Shown here: positions 8,767 through 18,945 of the stretch, piece by piece
Position numbering within the stretch: the stretch's first letter is position 1
Layout: each line of letters begins with the position of its first letter
From: a virus
DNA: 64,000 nt
Reading direction: 5' to 3' (one strand)
Virus record (IMG/VR): IMGVR_UViG_3300027708_000022
Location: 1 to 64,000 of that record
Position numbers and translations under genes: made by a program
Notes under the pieces: model-generated
What the model was told of the DNA's origin: nothing
The model's input: the letters and a program-made list of their open reading frames with translations, nothing else
The model's database searches: none

Positions 8767-9753
8767 TTATATTTTAGTTTTGGAAATTGCGTTTGCAACT
8801 GCTGATACGAATGGGTCGTTAGAAACGAAACCCTTCTCTGAACCATCAGTTACTTCTTCTTGAAGATGGCTTTCTCTAGCTTTCTTTATACCAGATGGAA
8901 AGTAGTTCTCACGAATTGTTTCAAGTTTGCTTTCATATTCTTCTTCTGTGGAAAAATATACACTCTCTGCGAGTGATCTAATTTTTTCAACTTGAGTTGA
9001 TGTAAGACCTTCACATACTTCACGAGTTATTTCTGACTTGCGTGATTCAACTAATGCTTTTGCATAATCAACATTACGTTCGATTTCTTCATCAAGTTTG
9101 CTTTCAAGTTCTTCAACTTTAGAAGCAAGTTCTTCAACGAGGTCAACTTTTTCGGCAGGAACATCAATATAGTTTTCTACGAATAGGTTGCGTAAACCGG
9201 CAATAAAATCTTCTGTCATTTCTGAGCGTAGACCAGATTCAATAGCAATTTGATTTTCTTCCATCCATTGTTCAACAATGTATGATAGGTAATCATCAAC
9301 TTTTTCTGTTAGGTCTTGCTTAATTGATTCAACAGCTTCTTCTAGCATACCAGCATAGTATGATTCTACTTCTTCTTCAATTCTAGAAACACGATCATGT
9401 ATACGAGCTTCAAAAATTGTAGAAACTTTATCTTTAAATTCTTCTGAGATGGTATCATCATCTGCAAACAAATCTGCAATATCTTCTTTCATTGTTTTTT
9501 GGCCACCACCAAGCATTTCTTGGGTATCAGGTGAAGCATCTGATGGCTTTGTTGTTGGTGCTCGAGCATTACCTGGTGCACCATCTGATGGGTTGATTTT
9601 AGCTGAGTCATCAGTTGATTTGTAATTCTGAGGTGTTGGACCACCAGCATCAACTACTTGACCTGGAAGTTTTTCTGAAGGCATACCTATTGCTGAACTC
9701 TTGCTTCCTGCAAGAATATCTGCTGCTGCCTCGAAAAGTTTGTTTGATGCCAT
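8767..9753 (-). CDS. gp22: Prohead core scaffold protein
   Basis: Acidic coiled coil, KVDDYLSYIVEQWMEENQIAIESGLRSE; between gp21 and gp23. Confidence 0.93.
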   Translation of the reverse strand: MASNKLFEAAADILAGSKSSAIGMPSEKLPGQVVDAGGPTPQNYKSTDDSAKINPSDGAPGNARAPTTKPSDASPDTQEMLGGGQKTMKEDIADLFADDDTISEEFKDKVSTIFEARIHDRVSRIEEEVESYYAGMLEEAVESIKQDLTEKVDDYLSYIVEQWMEENQIAIESGLRSEMTEDFIAGLRNLFVENYIDVPAEKVDLVEELASKVEELESKLDEEIERNVDYAKALVESRKSEITREVCEGLTSTQVEKIRSLAESVYFSTEEEYESKLETIRENYFPSGIKKARESHLQEEVTDGSEKGFVSNDPFVSAVANAISKTKI

Positions 9754-9775
9754 TAGGAATCTCCTTAGTATTTTC

Positions 9776-9783
9776 TATTTATA
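9776..9783 (-). promoter_or_regulatory. Late promoter for gp22-gp23
   Basis: Exact TATAAATA on minus strand. Confidence 0.75.
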
Positions 9784-9786
9784 AAA

Positions 9787-10437
9787 TTAAAGTTTTCGAA
9801 TAAAATTTTCAAACAAATTGATAGCAACATATTCAATTTCTTTGCGTGAAGCCTTTCTAATTTGTTTTTTTGCTGAATCAATGTCCATCTCTACAAATCG
9901 ACCTTCAACAAATAACCATTCTCTATTCTCCATGATACCATTAACAAAAGCACCTGGAGCAGAAGGATCTGCCACAATATCAGCTGCTGTTGCTAATCGG
10001 AAATCATCTTGCACCATGTTATAACCTTCTTTAGTCTGCACAAGAGAACCCATGCCGCGAGAAGATACTCCAAGGTTAACACCTGAGTCAATAAAACTTT
10101 TAACGATTTGCCCGTATGGTGTTTCAAGGATCATTGCTTTGCCAATAAAACATTCACCATTATCTTCTAAAGAAACAATCTTATGTGACACCCTTTCTAA
10201 GTTAAGAGATGGTGTGTCAGGATGACCCAATTCACCTAAAGCACGATTAGTTTTAATAACTTCTTCGTTGTATCGGCCAACTTCCTTTGATAAGGTATTT
10301 TTGGCGTACATACGATTATTTTTATTTGGTTTATCATAAACAAGAAATGGACCAGTAACGTATAAACTTTTTTTTCCATTTTCGGAGGCTTCAGTAATAT
10401 ACTTTACCTCTTCTATATTTTCTCTAATTAATTTCAT
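9787..10437 (-). CDS. gp21: Prohead protease
   Basis: ALGELGHP, GVSSRGMGS, ADIVADPSAPGAFV. Confidence 0.96.
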   Translation of the reverse strand: MKLIRENIEEVKYITEASENGKKSLYVTGPFLVYDKPNKNNRMYAKNTLSKEVGRYNEEVIKTNRALGELGHPDTPSLNLERVSHKIVSLEDNGECFIGKAMILETPYGQIVKSFIDSGVNLGVSSRGMGSLVQTKEGYNMVQDDFRLATAADIVADPSAPGAFVNGIMENREWLFVEGRFVEMDIDSAKKQIRKASRKEIEYVAINLFENFIRKL

Positions 10438-10438
10438 A

Positions 10439-10789
10439 TTACATTCCTGTTAATGGTGTTGTGTAAGTAGCAGACTTCGTTACTTCTAGAAGTAATGTTC
10501 CACCAGTTACAACCGTAATAACAACATTAGATGTATTATTATTTGCAAGTGTATGTCCCCACTCATCTAGTTTAGTTTCACCAGCATTGTGTAGAGATAC
10601 AATATTATTACCGTTTCTAACGATTTGAATACTACCGTTTGTCGACCAATTGATTCTTCTAATATTTGCAGAACTAATGACTTCATTAGTATTGACAGCT
10701 AAAGAATCAAGGTTAGCATAATATGTACCAATACCTTCAACACGAATGAGTGAAGAACTTCTTAATGAATTTGTAATTTCTATTGGCAT
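10439..10789 (-). CDS. Hypothetical head-module protein
   Basis: Tightly packed ORF between gp68-like and gp21. Confidence 0.65.
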   Translation of the reverse strand: MPIEITNSLRSSSLIRVEGIGTYYANLDSLAVNTNEVISSANIRRINWSTNGSIQIVRNGNNIVSLHNAGETKLDEWGHTLANNNTSNVVITVVTGGTLLLEVTKSATYTTPLTGM

Positions 10790-10790
10790 T

Positions 10791-11237
10791 TTATTTTATT
10801 CCCATGGAAGTGCGGCGTCTTAAAGACATTTTTCTTTTGAGTAATGTTCTACGCAATTTAGATTTACCTTTTGTCTTCCAGTACCTTTTTAATTTTCTGG
10901 ACTTTTGTATTCTTTGGATTGCTGGTATTCGAACCACACTATTACCAGAAATTCTAAATCCTTTTACTGTTGATCTTCTTTTATTTCTTTGAACAACAAT
11001 TTGGTTGTTGGTATTTCTACGAATACGGCGGCGAATCTTTTTAATTCTACCCATCTTAACGATGTTTGGTGAAGCTTCATCTAATTGCTCATCCACTTCT
11101 ACCTCAACATATGTAGTTGATGCCACATATGCCTTTTCTTCTTCCAAATATTCAGCAGCAATTTCATCAAGGCGATTAAAAATAATTTCTTTAGCCTCGG
11201 ACAATCTATTCTGAGATATTAAATCTATCAAAGTCAT
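10791..11237 (-). CDS. gp68: Prohead core protein (gp68-like)
   Basis: Acidic N-half, very basic C-half ending KRKMSLRRRTSMGIK; position upstream of gp21. Confidence 0.7.
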   Translation of the reverse strand: MTLIDLISQNRLSEAKEIIFNRLDEIAAEYLEEEKAYVASTTYVEVEVDEQLDEASPNIVKMGRIKKIRRRIRRNTNNQIVVQRNKRRSTVKGFRISGNSVVRIPAIQRIQKSRKLKRYWKTKGKSKLRRTLLKRKMSLRRRTSMGIK

Positions 11238-12037
11238 GTTGTTTGTTTAGAAACAAAATCTAAAACTTTAATTAAACCTTTTGGTGATTCTTTTAATAAT
11301 CTTGAAAACTTAACTTGATTATCTTCACTCAATTGTTTAAAAACGGAATCAATATCATCAGCCGTTTGTTCATCAATTGTGCTAACTGTACCATCAATAT
11401 GTTTAATCTTTACATTCTCCGCTTGAATTGGATTATTCATTGGAGTTTCCGATGAATATGGAACAGAAAAGTAACGATTCAATCTTTCATTGTAATACAT
11501 AACATTTGTAATGCCTTCTGGATAATAACGAATGGCTTTACGTTTTAATACTAAAACAAAAGGCGGGTTAACTCCTTCTTCCAAATAAGAAACTTCTTCT
11601 TTCTTTAATTTGGTAGAATATTCATCAGCTTCTGGATCATCACCAATTTGTGGTGCTGTAACAGCACCAACACCTGGTGCAGTATCTCCAACTTTAACTC
11701 TATGCGACCTAACTTTTTGTCCATTTACACCAAGTTTGTAATCTGAAGTATCAACAATACCTTCTTCTAATTCTTCTCTCACCGCACGGCGAGTTTGGGT
11801 ATAAATTTGTTTATTATTGGTAATCAAATCTACCATCTTAGTAAACAAATTCTGAATAATCATCCTATCGGCATTAGTGAATTGTGGGCGTTCTTCACCC
11901 ATCTTATCCAATATACTATGCATACGCTGAATCTGTGCCTTATTGGCAAGACCAGCACGGACAAGAGCATCAAACTTTGTATAGTCTGATTTCTCTTCTT
12001 CTATTAGAAGGGTTTTAAAGTCTAGTAACGATTTCAT
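11234..12037 (-). CDS. Hypothetical prohead-core-associated protein
   Basis: Start likely ATG 12037 (MKSLLDFK); PPFVLVLKRKAIR.YP motif; EE sites resembling gp21 cleavage sites. Confidence 0.65.
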   Translation of the reverse strand: MKSLLDFKTLLIEEEKSDYTKFDALVRAGLANKAQIQRMHSILDKMGEERPQFTNADRMIIQNLFTKMVDLITNNKQIYTQTRRAVREELEEGIVDTSDYKLGVNGQKVRSHRVKVGDTAPGVGAVTAPQIGDDPEADEYSTKLKKEEVSYLEEGVNPPFVLVLKRKAIRYYPEGITNVMYYNERLNRYFSVPYSSETPMNNPIQAENVKIKHIDGTVSTIDEQTADDIDSVFKQLSEDNQVKFSRLLKESPKGLIKVLDFVSKQTT

Positions 12038-12044
12038 TATCAGA

Positions 12045-12530
12045 TTATGATTCTTTAATAGATTGTTTTTTAACACTTTTAGCATCAACTACATGAATAG
12101 CATCACCCACTTTAATATGGGCAGATTTACCCTGCGCCGATGTTCCTACTAATCGACCAGTTATTTTACCATTAGTTACTGTTTTACCATGTAAAGGATG
12201 TTTAGGATCAGGTGCGTTTGATTGTGCGCTAGGCTCACTAGAACCACCCTGATTTTTACCAGGACGATATACTGATTGCGATGTTCCATCAGAAGCTGTA
12301 TAATATACATTGTGGCCACCAGCATTATCTGAACCACCACCATAAGACTTAGCTTCTTCCAATCCTTCCACTTCTTCTTCTACTTGACCACCAAATAGTG
12401 TTGCACCAAGTTCTTGCTTACGAGCATCAAGTGCTTCAAATGCACGAGCAGATAACAAGTCTGATAATGTTTCTTTAGCATCAGCAGCTTGTCCTGCTAC
12501 TAGTTGCTCGATAAATGTTGTTGTAGACAT
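12045..12530 (-). CDS. gp67: Prohead core protein (gp67-like) with C-terminal extension
   Basis: FIEQLVAGQAADAKETLSDLLSARAFEALDARKQE; directly follows portal. Confidence 0.6.
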   Translation of the reverse strand: MSTTTFIEQLVAGQAADAKETLSDLLSARAFEALDARKQELGATLFGGQVEEEVEGLEEAKSYGGGSDNAGGHNVYYTASDGTSQSVYRPGKNQGGSSEPSAQSNAPDPKHPLHGKTVTNGKITGRLVGTSAQGKSAHIKVGDAIHVVDAKSVKKQSIKES

Positions 12531-12549
12531 AAAAATCTCCTATTATACC

Positions 12550-14193
12550 TTATTTAGTTTTATTGAAAGCATACTTATTTACCGCATCATCTAATTGCGG
12601 AGTAGGCGATTCAGTATCACCATTTTCAACAGTATTGTCAATTGGTTCTGATGGCGGACCACCTTGTTCTTGACCTTGTTGTTCTTGAGCAGTAGCTGCA
12701 AGTTCACCTTCTTCTTCAATTTCTTTCTGCATCTCGTCAATTTCTTCTTGAGTCATATGCAGAACATTCTTTTTAACCCATGTTGATGAGTAATAACGAC
12801 CAACATACGGATCAATTTGTGTCGCTGTTGAAATACGCTCACGCAAGATTTCTGCATCACGCATTTCTGTAAAGTTATTATCTTTCTTAAAGTCATAAAA
12901 AATGGCTTCTTTAAATTCTTCCCACTCTTCAACGGTACAAACACCTTTCAATGATAATTGAATACGAAGAGCATCGTCAAAAATACGAGAGAATTTATTA
13001 CGCAATCTAGCAATAAACTTACTAAACTTAACTTCATCACGAGTAACTTCATTTGTTCTACCAATACCCATGATACCACCACCTTGTGGGTCAAGGCGTG
13101 AGATTGGCACATTCAATGAATTTAATAATTTCTTATGAAAGTAAAGAACATCTTCCATCTGGCCTAAGTTTTGTCCAGCAGGTAATGTAGTAATCTCTGT
13201 TCCTTTACCACCTTCACGGCGAGGTAACCAAAAATCTTCTAGCATCGAAAGGTGTTTACGTTCATCACGAATCTCACCAGTATTAGCATCATATACCAAC
13301 TTGTTACGATACTGTGTCATAATAGACTTCATATATTGTTCAGCCTTACCTTTTGGTAAGTTACCTACGTCAATATAAAAAATACGTCTTTCTGGTGCTC
13401 TTGATAAACGGTAAATAACAACAGCATCTTCAATCATTCTTAATTGATTGAGTGCCTTAATTGCTTTATGTAAGTAAGAAATTACAAATGTATTCTTTGC
13501 ATCCATCAAACCAGAGTTAACATTAACTACTGATTCAGGTGCAATTCTTAAACCTTGATTAACTGATGATGTATATGACTGTGATGTTGTACCACGGTCA
13601 TTATACACATAATATTCAGCTATAGATTTAATAACTTGAGCACCAGTTTTTGGATCTCTTTCTTTTTGAATCTCACGCACTTTACGAATCTTGCGTGGAT
13701 CAATATATCTTAATTCTTGTATGCCGTCTTTTGGATTCTTATCGTTAACAACAACATGGTAATATATTCTACCATCAATGTACCAACGCTTGAATAAATC
13801 ATCAGCAAGATTTGAAAAGTTTAACATCTTTTGGATGTTTTTAAACTCTTCAAGTATTTTCTTTTTAATTGTTTCTGGTTGTTTTAGATTATCCATATTG
13901 ATATCTACAACAGTACCATCTTCTGCATGAGTAATTGCTTCATTAACAATCTCATCAATTGCCATATCACATTCAGGGTGATTTGACATTTCACGGTAAC
14001 GAGTAATCAGTTCCAGTTCATTACGAACAGAACCTTCTAAATCTACATATGTGCCGTAATGGGCATTCTGTGTGATTGTAACTGCACCATCATCATTTGC
14101 TTCTGTAGGGAGCGCAAAAGAAGCTTGCTCAGGTTTCTCAACCTGAACAATGTCCTTTTTACCTAAGGTGAACCCGAAAAGTTTTACGGCAAT
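12550..14193 (-). CDS. gp20: Portal vertex protein (start site ambiguous; see findings)
   Basis: KLFGF N-terminus, WYIDGR, LRMIEDAVVIYRLSRAPERRIFYIDVGNLPK, EDFWLPRREGGKGTEI. Confidence 0.97.
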   Translation of the reverse strand: MAVKLFGFTLGKKDIVQVEKPEQASFALPTEANDDGAVTITQNAHYGTYVDLEGSVRNELELITRYREMSNHPECDMAIDEIVNEAITHAEDGTVVDINMDNLKQPETIKKKILEEFKNIQKMLNFSNLADDLFKRWYIDGRIYYHVVVNDKNPKDGIQELRYIDPRKIRKVREIQKERDPKTGAQVIKSIAEYYVYNDRGTTSQSYTSSVNQGLRIAPESVVNVNSGLMDAKNTFVISYLHKAIKALNQLRMIEDAVVIYRLSRAPERRIFYIDVGNLPKGKAEQYMKSIMTQYRNKLVYDANTGEIRDERKHLSMLEDFWLPRREGGKGTEITTLPAGQNLGQMEDVLYFHKKLLNSLNVPISRLDPQGGGIMGIGRTNEVTRDEVKFSKFIARLRNKFSRIFDDALRIQLSLKGVCTVEEWEEFKEAIFYDFKKDNNFTEMRDAEILRERISTATQIDPYVGRYYSSTWVKKNVLHMTQEEIDEMQKEIEEEGELAATAQEQQGQEQGGPPSEPIDNTVENGDTESPTPQLDDAVNKYAFNKTK

Positions 14194-14246
14194 TTTGGGT
14201 TCCTCCACTCGGTAACATTATATAATACGAAAAGTTTTACCGCCAT
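14184..14246 (-). other. 20-codon upstream ORF beginning with the portal's own N-terminus (MAVKLFVLYNVTEWRNPKLP*)
   Basis: ATG at 14246 with AGGA upstream; 19-nt near-duplicate of the portal start 53 nt upstream of the second copy. Confidence 0.65.
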
Positions 14247-14268
14247 TAATATTTCATCCTATATCAGT

Positions 14269-14293
14269 AAAAAGTAAGGGCGAAGCCCTCACT
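14269..14293 (-). terminator. Terminator between gp19 and gp20
   Basis: AGUGAGGG-CUUCG-CCCUUACU followed by UUUU. Confidence 0.75.
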
Positions 14294-14295
14294 AT

Positions 14296-14841
14296 TTAAA
14301 CCACACCAGTATCAATTGATTCCCACCATTGGTAGGAAAGAGTCACGGTAAATTCTTCAATACTATCGTTTGAGCCCCAATCAACGTCAATTGGTGACAC
14401 ATCTGTTGGGAATACACCCAAGAATTTATACTTCTTCAGAATGTCACCAGCTTTGCCAAATTGTGTAACTTCAGAATCAACTGTGTATGATGCTGGAGTT
14501 TGAGCTAACGGATTACGCACGTTTAAACCATGACTATTAATACCATTCAACCAACGCTCGAAAGCGTTACGAATAGCAAAATCTTCATCGTTAATGATCG
14601 TGATTGTCCAGTCTGTAAATGATCTGTTGCCTGCAAACTTCAACTCACGGCCAAAGTATTGAACAGGCACAGTACCGATGGTTGAACCAGGTAACTGTGC
14701 TGTTTTACACATGAAAGTGACTTTTTGTTGTGCATTAGCAGCATCAGAAAATCCAGGGAACGGTAAACTCACCTCAAATAGATTTGGGCGAGCACCGTCT
14801 CCTGTCATTTGAGAGCGGAATTGATTTATATTGAATGCCAT
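14296..14841 (-). CDS. gp19: Tail tube protein
   Basis: GARPNLFEV, FMCKTAQLPGS.IG, GRELKFAGNRSF.DWTITI.NDEDF, IEEFTVT..YQWW. Confidence 0.96.
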   Translation of the reverse strand: MAFNINQFRSQMTGDGARPNLFEVSLPFPGFSDAANAQQKVTFMCKTAQLPGSTIGTVPVQYFGRELKFAGNRSFTDWTITIINDEDFAIRNAFERWLNGINSHGLNVRNPLAQTPASYTVDSEVTQFGKAGDILKKYKFLGVFPTDVSPIDVDWGSNDSIEEFTVTLSYQWWESIDTGVV

Positions 14842-14866
14842 TTTTTTTCTCCTGTCTCTCTATTTA

Positions 14867-16765
14867 TTAGAATTTGCCAACGATTTCATCGAAACTGACA
14901 CCAGTTCTAACTGCAACAAAGTTCAATTGAATGAAGTTAACTGAGCGTGCGGGTTTAATGTAGATATCACCAACAAATTCGTTACGGTCAATAATAGCTG
15001 CTGTGTTGTTAGTTGTATCGCAAACAACACGATAGTCAGTAATACCACGGCGACCTTGAACATCACGAAGGAATGGTTCAACTAAGTTAACAAACTGAGC
15101 ACGAGTAAATTGGTCGTTAAATTCAAACATTGTTGAGCGAGCTGCACGAGCAATGGTCTTTTCTAGAACAATAAACAAACGGCGAACATTGATACGGTCA
15201 AATACTGATGGACGGCTCAAGAGAGTTTTGTCGCCAAACAGAATCGTACCTTCACCTTGGAATGTAACAACTGGATTAATACCTTGAACATACAGGTTAT
15301 CACGTTCTGTCTTGGTAGGATTAAATGAAAGTTTGATAACATTCTTAATCACACCACGATTCAAACCACCTGGCGAGTACCATGGGTCACGCTCTAAATC
15401 TGTACGAGCACAAGTACCAGCAACATCAGCATTCAATGGAACCCAACGGTACACATCGTTATACTTGTCGTATTGGTATTTGTAACCAGAATCAAGAACA
15501 GCGTATGAAGAACTTGTTAATCCTGAACGGAAAGAAAGGATTGATGTTGCTTCAGCACCGGCATTGTTTACAACGGAAGCCTTAGTTGGTGACAAGAACA
15601 CCAAGCAATCTTTGCGTGATTCAGCAAGTGAAATCAAACTAGTTGCAATTGTTGAATTGCCTGGACCTGAAATTAACAATGAAACATCAACTGTATCAGC
15701 ATTTGAAAAGAAACCATATGCAGTGGTAATTTCTGTATTACCAATAGTGCCATCAGCACCAGAACTCATTGAAGCAGTAAATGCGGTATTGATTTGTGTG
15801 TATGTTGTACCTGATGCAGCAGTTCCCCAATTCACAGCACCTGGTTGATGGCCTAACCACCACAGATATTTTGATTTTGAGTTGATAACTGTCTTGTAGT
15901 AATTTGATGCACCGTCATTTGTAATTGCATCTGAAGCTTTTGATACGAAAGCATATTTCTCAAGTACTGTATTAGCAGTACCAGTAAATTTGCCATCTTC
16001 ATCAATAACAATAACGTGCATTTCATCTTTGCTACCAGCTTTATCAGTAACATAATCTGATGTTCCTGGAGCAACTCCAAAACTATCAGCATATTGCCAT
16101 TTGCGAAGAATTGGTGTGCCAACTGTAACGGCTGATGATAATGCTGTTGCAACAATAATTGCTGTTGCGTTAACATTGGCTGTACGCAAGTATGTAGAAC
16201 CACCGTCAACAGAAATCAAATCACCAACATATAAGTTGGCAACAGGAGAACCCGTAACATTAATTGTGGTATCGTTTGCTGATGCTGCATTAGCTGTAAC
16301 AGCACTAGTTGAAGTCAAGTTTGATGAGTATGCTGTTGCTGAAGAGCAAATAGAAACTCTTAATGTGTTACCTGTTGCACCAGCATAACGAGCTGCAAAT
16401 GGACCGTATGCTGTGTTTGTTGCTGTTTCACGATTGGCAACATAATCGCTTTCATTCTTAATTAAAACGCCTGTACCGTTTGCGGTAGCATTTAATGTAT
16501 TGGTAGTATTTGCGGCACGAACAATTTTTAAGTTATTTGTGTATGCAAGGAAATTTGCTGCTGAGAACCAGTATTCATAATTTGTAGAGTCAGGCTTACC
16601 AAAACGGTCGACAAGGCGAACCTCATCAGAAATGGTAATGACTTCATTTACTGGACCCCAATTAAAATTTCCAGCAAGGCCACCGATTGAAGTGGCAACT
16701 GAAGGGACAACTGTAGTCAGGTCGATTTCTGATACATTTACCCCAGGTGATAGCTGAAATGCCAT
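14867..16765 (-). CDS. gp18: Tail sheath protein
   Basis: SPGVNVSEIDLT, PWYSPGGLNRG, FDRINVRRLFI, IYIKPARSVNFIQLNF. Confidence 0.97.
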   Translation of the reverse strand: MAFQLSPGVNVSEIDLTTVVPSVATSIGGLAGNFNWGPVNEVITISDEVRLVDRFGKPDSTNYEYWFSAANFLAYTNNLKIVRAANTTNTLNATANGTGVLIKNESDYVANRETATNTAYGPFAARYAGATGNTLRVSICSSATAYSSNLTSTSAVTANAASANDTTINVTGSPVANLYVGDLISVDGGSTYLRTANVNATAIIVATALSSAVTVGTPILRKWQYADSFGVAPGTSDYVTDKAGSKDEMHVIVIDEDGKFTGTANTVLEKYAFVSKASDAITNDGASNYYKTVINSKSKYLWWLGHQPGAVNWGTAASGTTYTQINTAFTASMSSGADGTIGNTEITTAYGFFSNADTVDVSLLISGPGNSTIATSLISLAESRKDCLVFLSPTKASVVNNAGAEATSILSFRSGLTSSSYAVLDSGYKYQYDKYNDVYRWVPLNADVAGTCARTDLERDPWYSPGGLNRGVIKNVIKLSFNPTKTERDNLYVQGINPVVTFQGEGTILFGDKTLLSRPSVFDRINVRRLFIVLEKTIARAARSTMFEFNDQFTRAQFVNLVEPFLRDVQGRRGITDYRVVCDTTNNTAAIIDRNEFVGDIYIKPARSVNFIQLNFVAVRTGVSFDEIVGKF

Positions 16766-16825
16766 GGATTTCTCCTTAGTTTACGGGACAATTATTCTTT
16801 ATATTGTATTTAGTTTTTTTAGTTT

Positions 16826-18502
16826 TTACAAATTTGAAGTTAGGTAACCAGATGGGACTTCTGGTTTCCACATATCACCATCTTCTACTGAGTAATCTTC
16901 TTCTGTTCCATTAAATGCGAACCCAAAGGGAACAATATCTTCTTCAATTTGTTTAATTCTGGCTTGATACATTGCTTCACGAATATTAACATCATTTAAT
17001 TCTTTGAAGTATGGGTTAGTCGTTAACCAACTAAACAATACTAATGGCATAACCAAATCATCATGGTAACCATCATCTGCGGCATAACTGTCTTTTACCT
17101 GAATGAAAGTTGAAATTTCTGATATAGTATCTGCATCTGTTATTAATAACTTCTTTTCTTCTACTAGTGACTTGAATGTAAAACATCCAATACGCTTAAC
17201 TCTCTTGTCTGTTTGCACACCAAGTTGAGTTTTACCACCACCAAAACCACCTGTAACTGTTTGTCCGGTTTTGGTATCTCTATTTACAAAAATAAGGTTT
17301 TCATACTCTAATTCATTGTGCATGATATGTGCAACCTGCTCACTTGAGTTAACCTCAATCAGCACATATGCCATGTTATAATCTCTTGCCACTTTGTATA
17401 TAACACTTGGATATAACATTGGTGCTATCTTGTTATCTCTAAACTTACCTACTAATTTATATGGCACCGATGACACATCCATAATTATAAATGCAGAATA
17501 GTCACCACCAACACCTTTGGCTGTATCGGCAACAATAACATATGCGTGTGACTTACCTATCAACTCTTCGGTATCTTCATCAAGTTGAGCTTTGACTGGG
17601 AATTCATATAAATCTAAACCGTCTTTAGAATAGACTGTAGGACACGTTGACATATATTCTATAGTATCTGAGTTAATCAACGTCAGCGATGATCCTAAGA
17701 ACTTACAGAGTACTTCCTGATTGTACTTCAGATCACCTAGTTGTCTCTTCTGTTCAAGTGCCCATGCTTCATCTCTGCCAGGTATCTCTGAATAAGGAAT
17801 GAACAATGGCACAAAGTCATTGTTCTTATTAACGGCATCATTCCAGAATTTCCAAAAATGATTATAACCCAACGGTGTTGAGGTAATAAGAATCTTTGTT
17901 GTTTGACCGGCAGAAATAACTGGATATACCGCGGTAAAGAATGCATCAGCCACAGTATTTGGAATAATTGCAGCTTCGTCAATATATAATAAGTTAACTG
18001 ACTTACCACGAATACCAGCTGATGTTGTTGCCGCAGTAAATACAATTGAACCATTTTCTAATTCAATGTCACCTTTGTTCCATGTTTTAATACCCTGTTG
18101 CATCCAATCAGGCAAATGCTCAAACATCAATTGATATCTAGCCATAACTTCACGAGCCGTTGATGCTTTATTTGCAAGAATAGCCGCAGTTTTACTGTCT
18201 TGAAACAATGTATACCAAAGAATATATGCTGCAGCAGATGAAGTTTTACCTTGTTGTCTACCTTCCATGAGAATAACTTTACGGTTGTCATGGATTAATT
18301 TAATCTTTTTCTTTTGACAATCGTAAAGTTTAAACGGTTGAATACCGTAGTCGAGTGTTACGATATAGCAATAGTTGTCAATGAAATATATTGGATCTTC
18401 TGCACACTTAGCTAACTCTAAAACCTGTTCTTCAGAATAAGAAAAATCAATTCCTATTCTTTTTAATGATGAGTTGCCATTATAACCATTATTAATTGTC
18501 AT
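16826..18502 (-). CDS. gp17: Terminase large subunit
   Basis: RQQGKT Walker A, LLYIDEAA Walker B, ITSTPLG, DTAKGVGGDYS, HDDLVM. Confidence 0.97.
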   Translation of the reverse strand: MTINNGYNGNSSLKRIGIDFSYSEEQVLELAKCAEDPIYFIDNYCYIVTLDYGIQPFKLYDCQKKKIKLIHDNRKVILMEGRQQGKTSSAAAYILWYTLFQDSKTAAILANKASTAREVMARYQLMFEHLPDWMQQGIKTWNKGDIELENGSIVFTAATTSAGIRGKSVNLLYIDEAAIIPNTVADAFFTAVYPVISAGQTTKILITSTPLGYNHFWKFWNDAVNKNNDFVPLFIPYSEIPGRDEAWALEQKRQLGDLKYNQEVLCKFLGSSLTLINSDTIEYMSTCPTVYSKDGLDLYEFPVKAQLDEDTEELIGKSHAYVIVADTAKGVGGDYSAFIIMDVSSVPYKLVGKFRDNKIAPMLYPSVIYKVARDYNMAYVLIEVNSSEQVAHIMHNELEYENLIFVNRDTKTGQTVTGGFGGGKTQLGVQTDKRVKRIGCFTFKSLVEEKKLLITDADTISEISTFIQVKDSYAADDGYHDDLVMPLVLFSWLTTNPYFKELNDVNIREAMYQARIKQIEEDIVPFGFAFNGTEEDYSVEDGDMWKPEVPSGYLTSNL

Positions 18503-18505
18503 TGT

Positions 18506-18943
18506 TTACTTTATAATGCTACGCAGCATCCATGCTTTCTTTTGATGGGCACCTAAAAGTTCTTGCAGAAAATTAGATACAGCTGGTTCACCCGCTTGGT
18601 CTGCAGCAACAATACCTGCACGGAGATGAACGATGAACCTATCGTTGTCAGATTTGATTTGTGCCATCATTGCCAATGCTGATGGAATCACATCAACAGC
18701 TTCTTGAATATCGGATAGTTCTAAAAATCTTTCCATAGAACCTGGAACATACGAATCTAAGTATCGAATATGCTCAGCAATCAAATCTGTTTGTGCAAAC
18801 ACTTCATTATAAAAATTGTTTAAAAAATCATGATATTGTGGAAAGTTTTGACCTTCAATGTTCCAATGAAAGTTGTGACTCTTTAGGTATAATGCAAAGT
18901 TGGTACCCAAAATAACTTTTAATTGTTGAATTAGTTGTTCCAT
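18506..18943 (-). CDS. dps: Dps / ferritin-like DNA-protection protein
   Basis: HNFHWNIEG.NF...H...D.IAEHIR ferroxidase signature; HQKKAWML. Confidence 0.9.
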   Translation of the reverse strand: MEQLIQQLKVILGTNFALYLKSHNFHWNIEGQNFPQYHDFLNNFYNEVFAQTDLIAEHIRYLDSYVPGSMERFLELSDIQEAVDVIPSALAMMAQIKSDNDRFIVHLRAGIVAADQAGEPAVSNFLQELLGAHQKKAWMLRSIIK

Positions 18944-18945
18944 TA

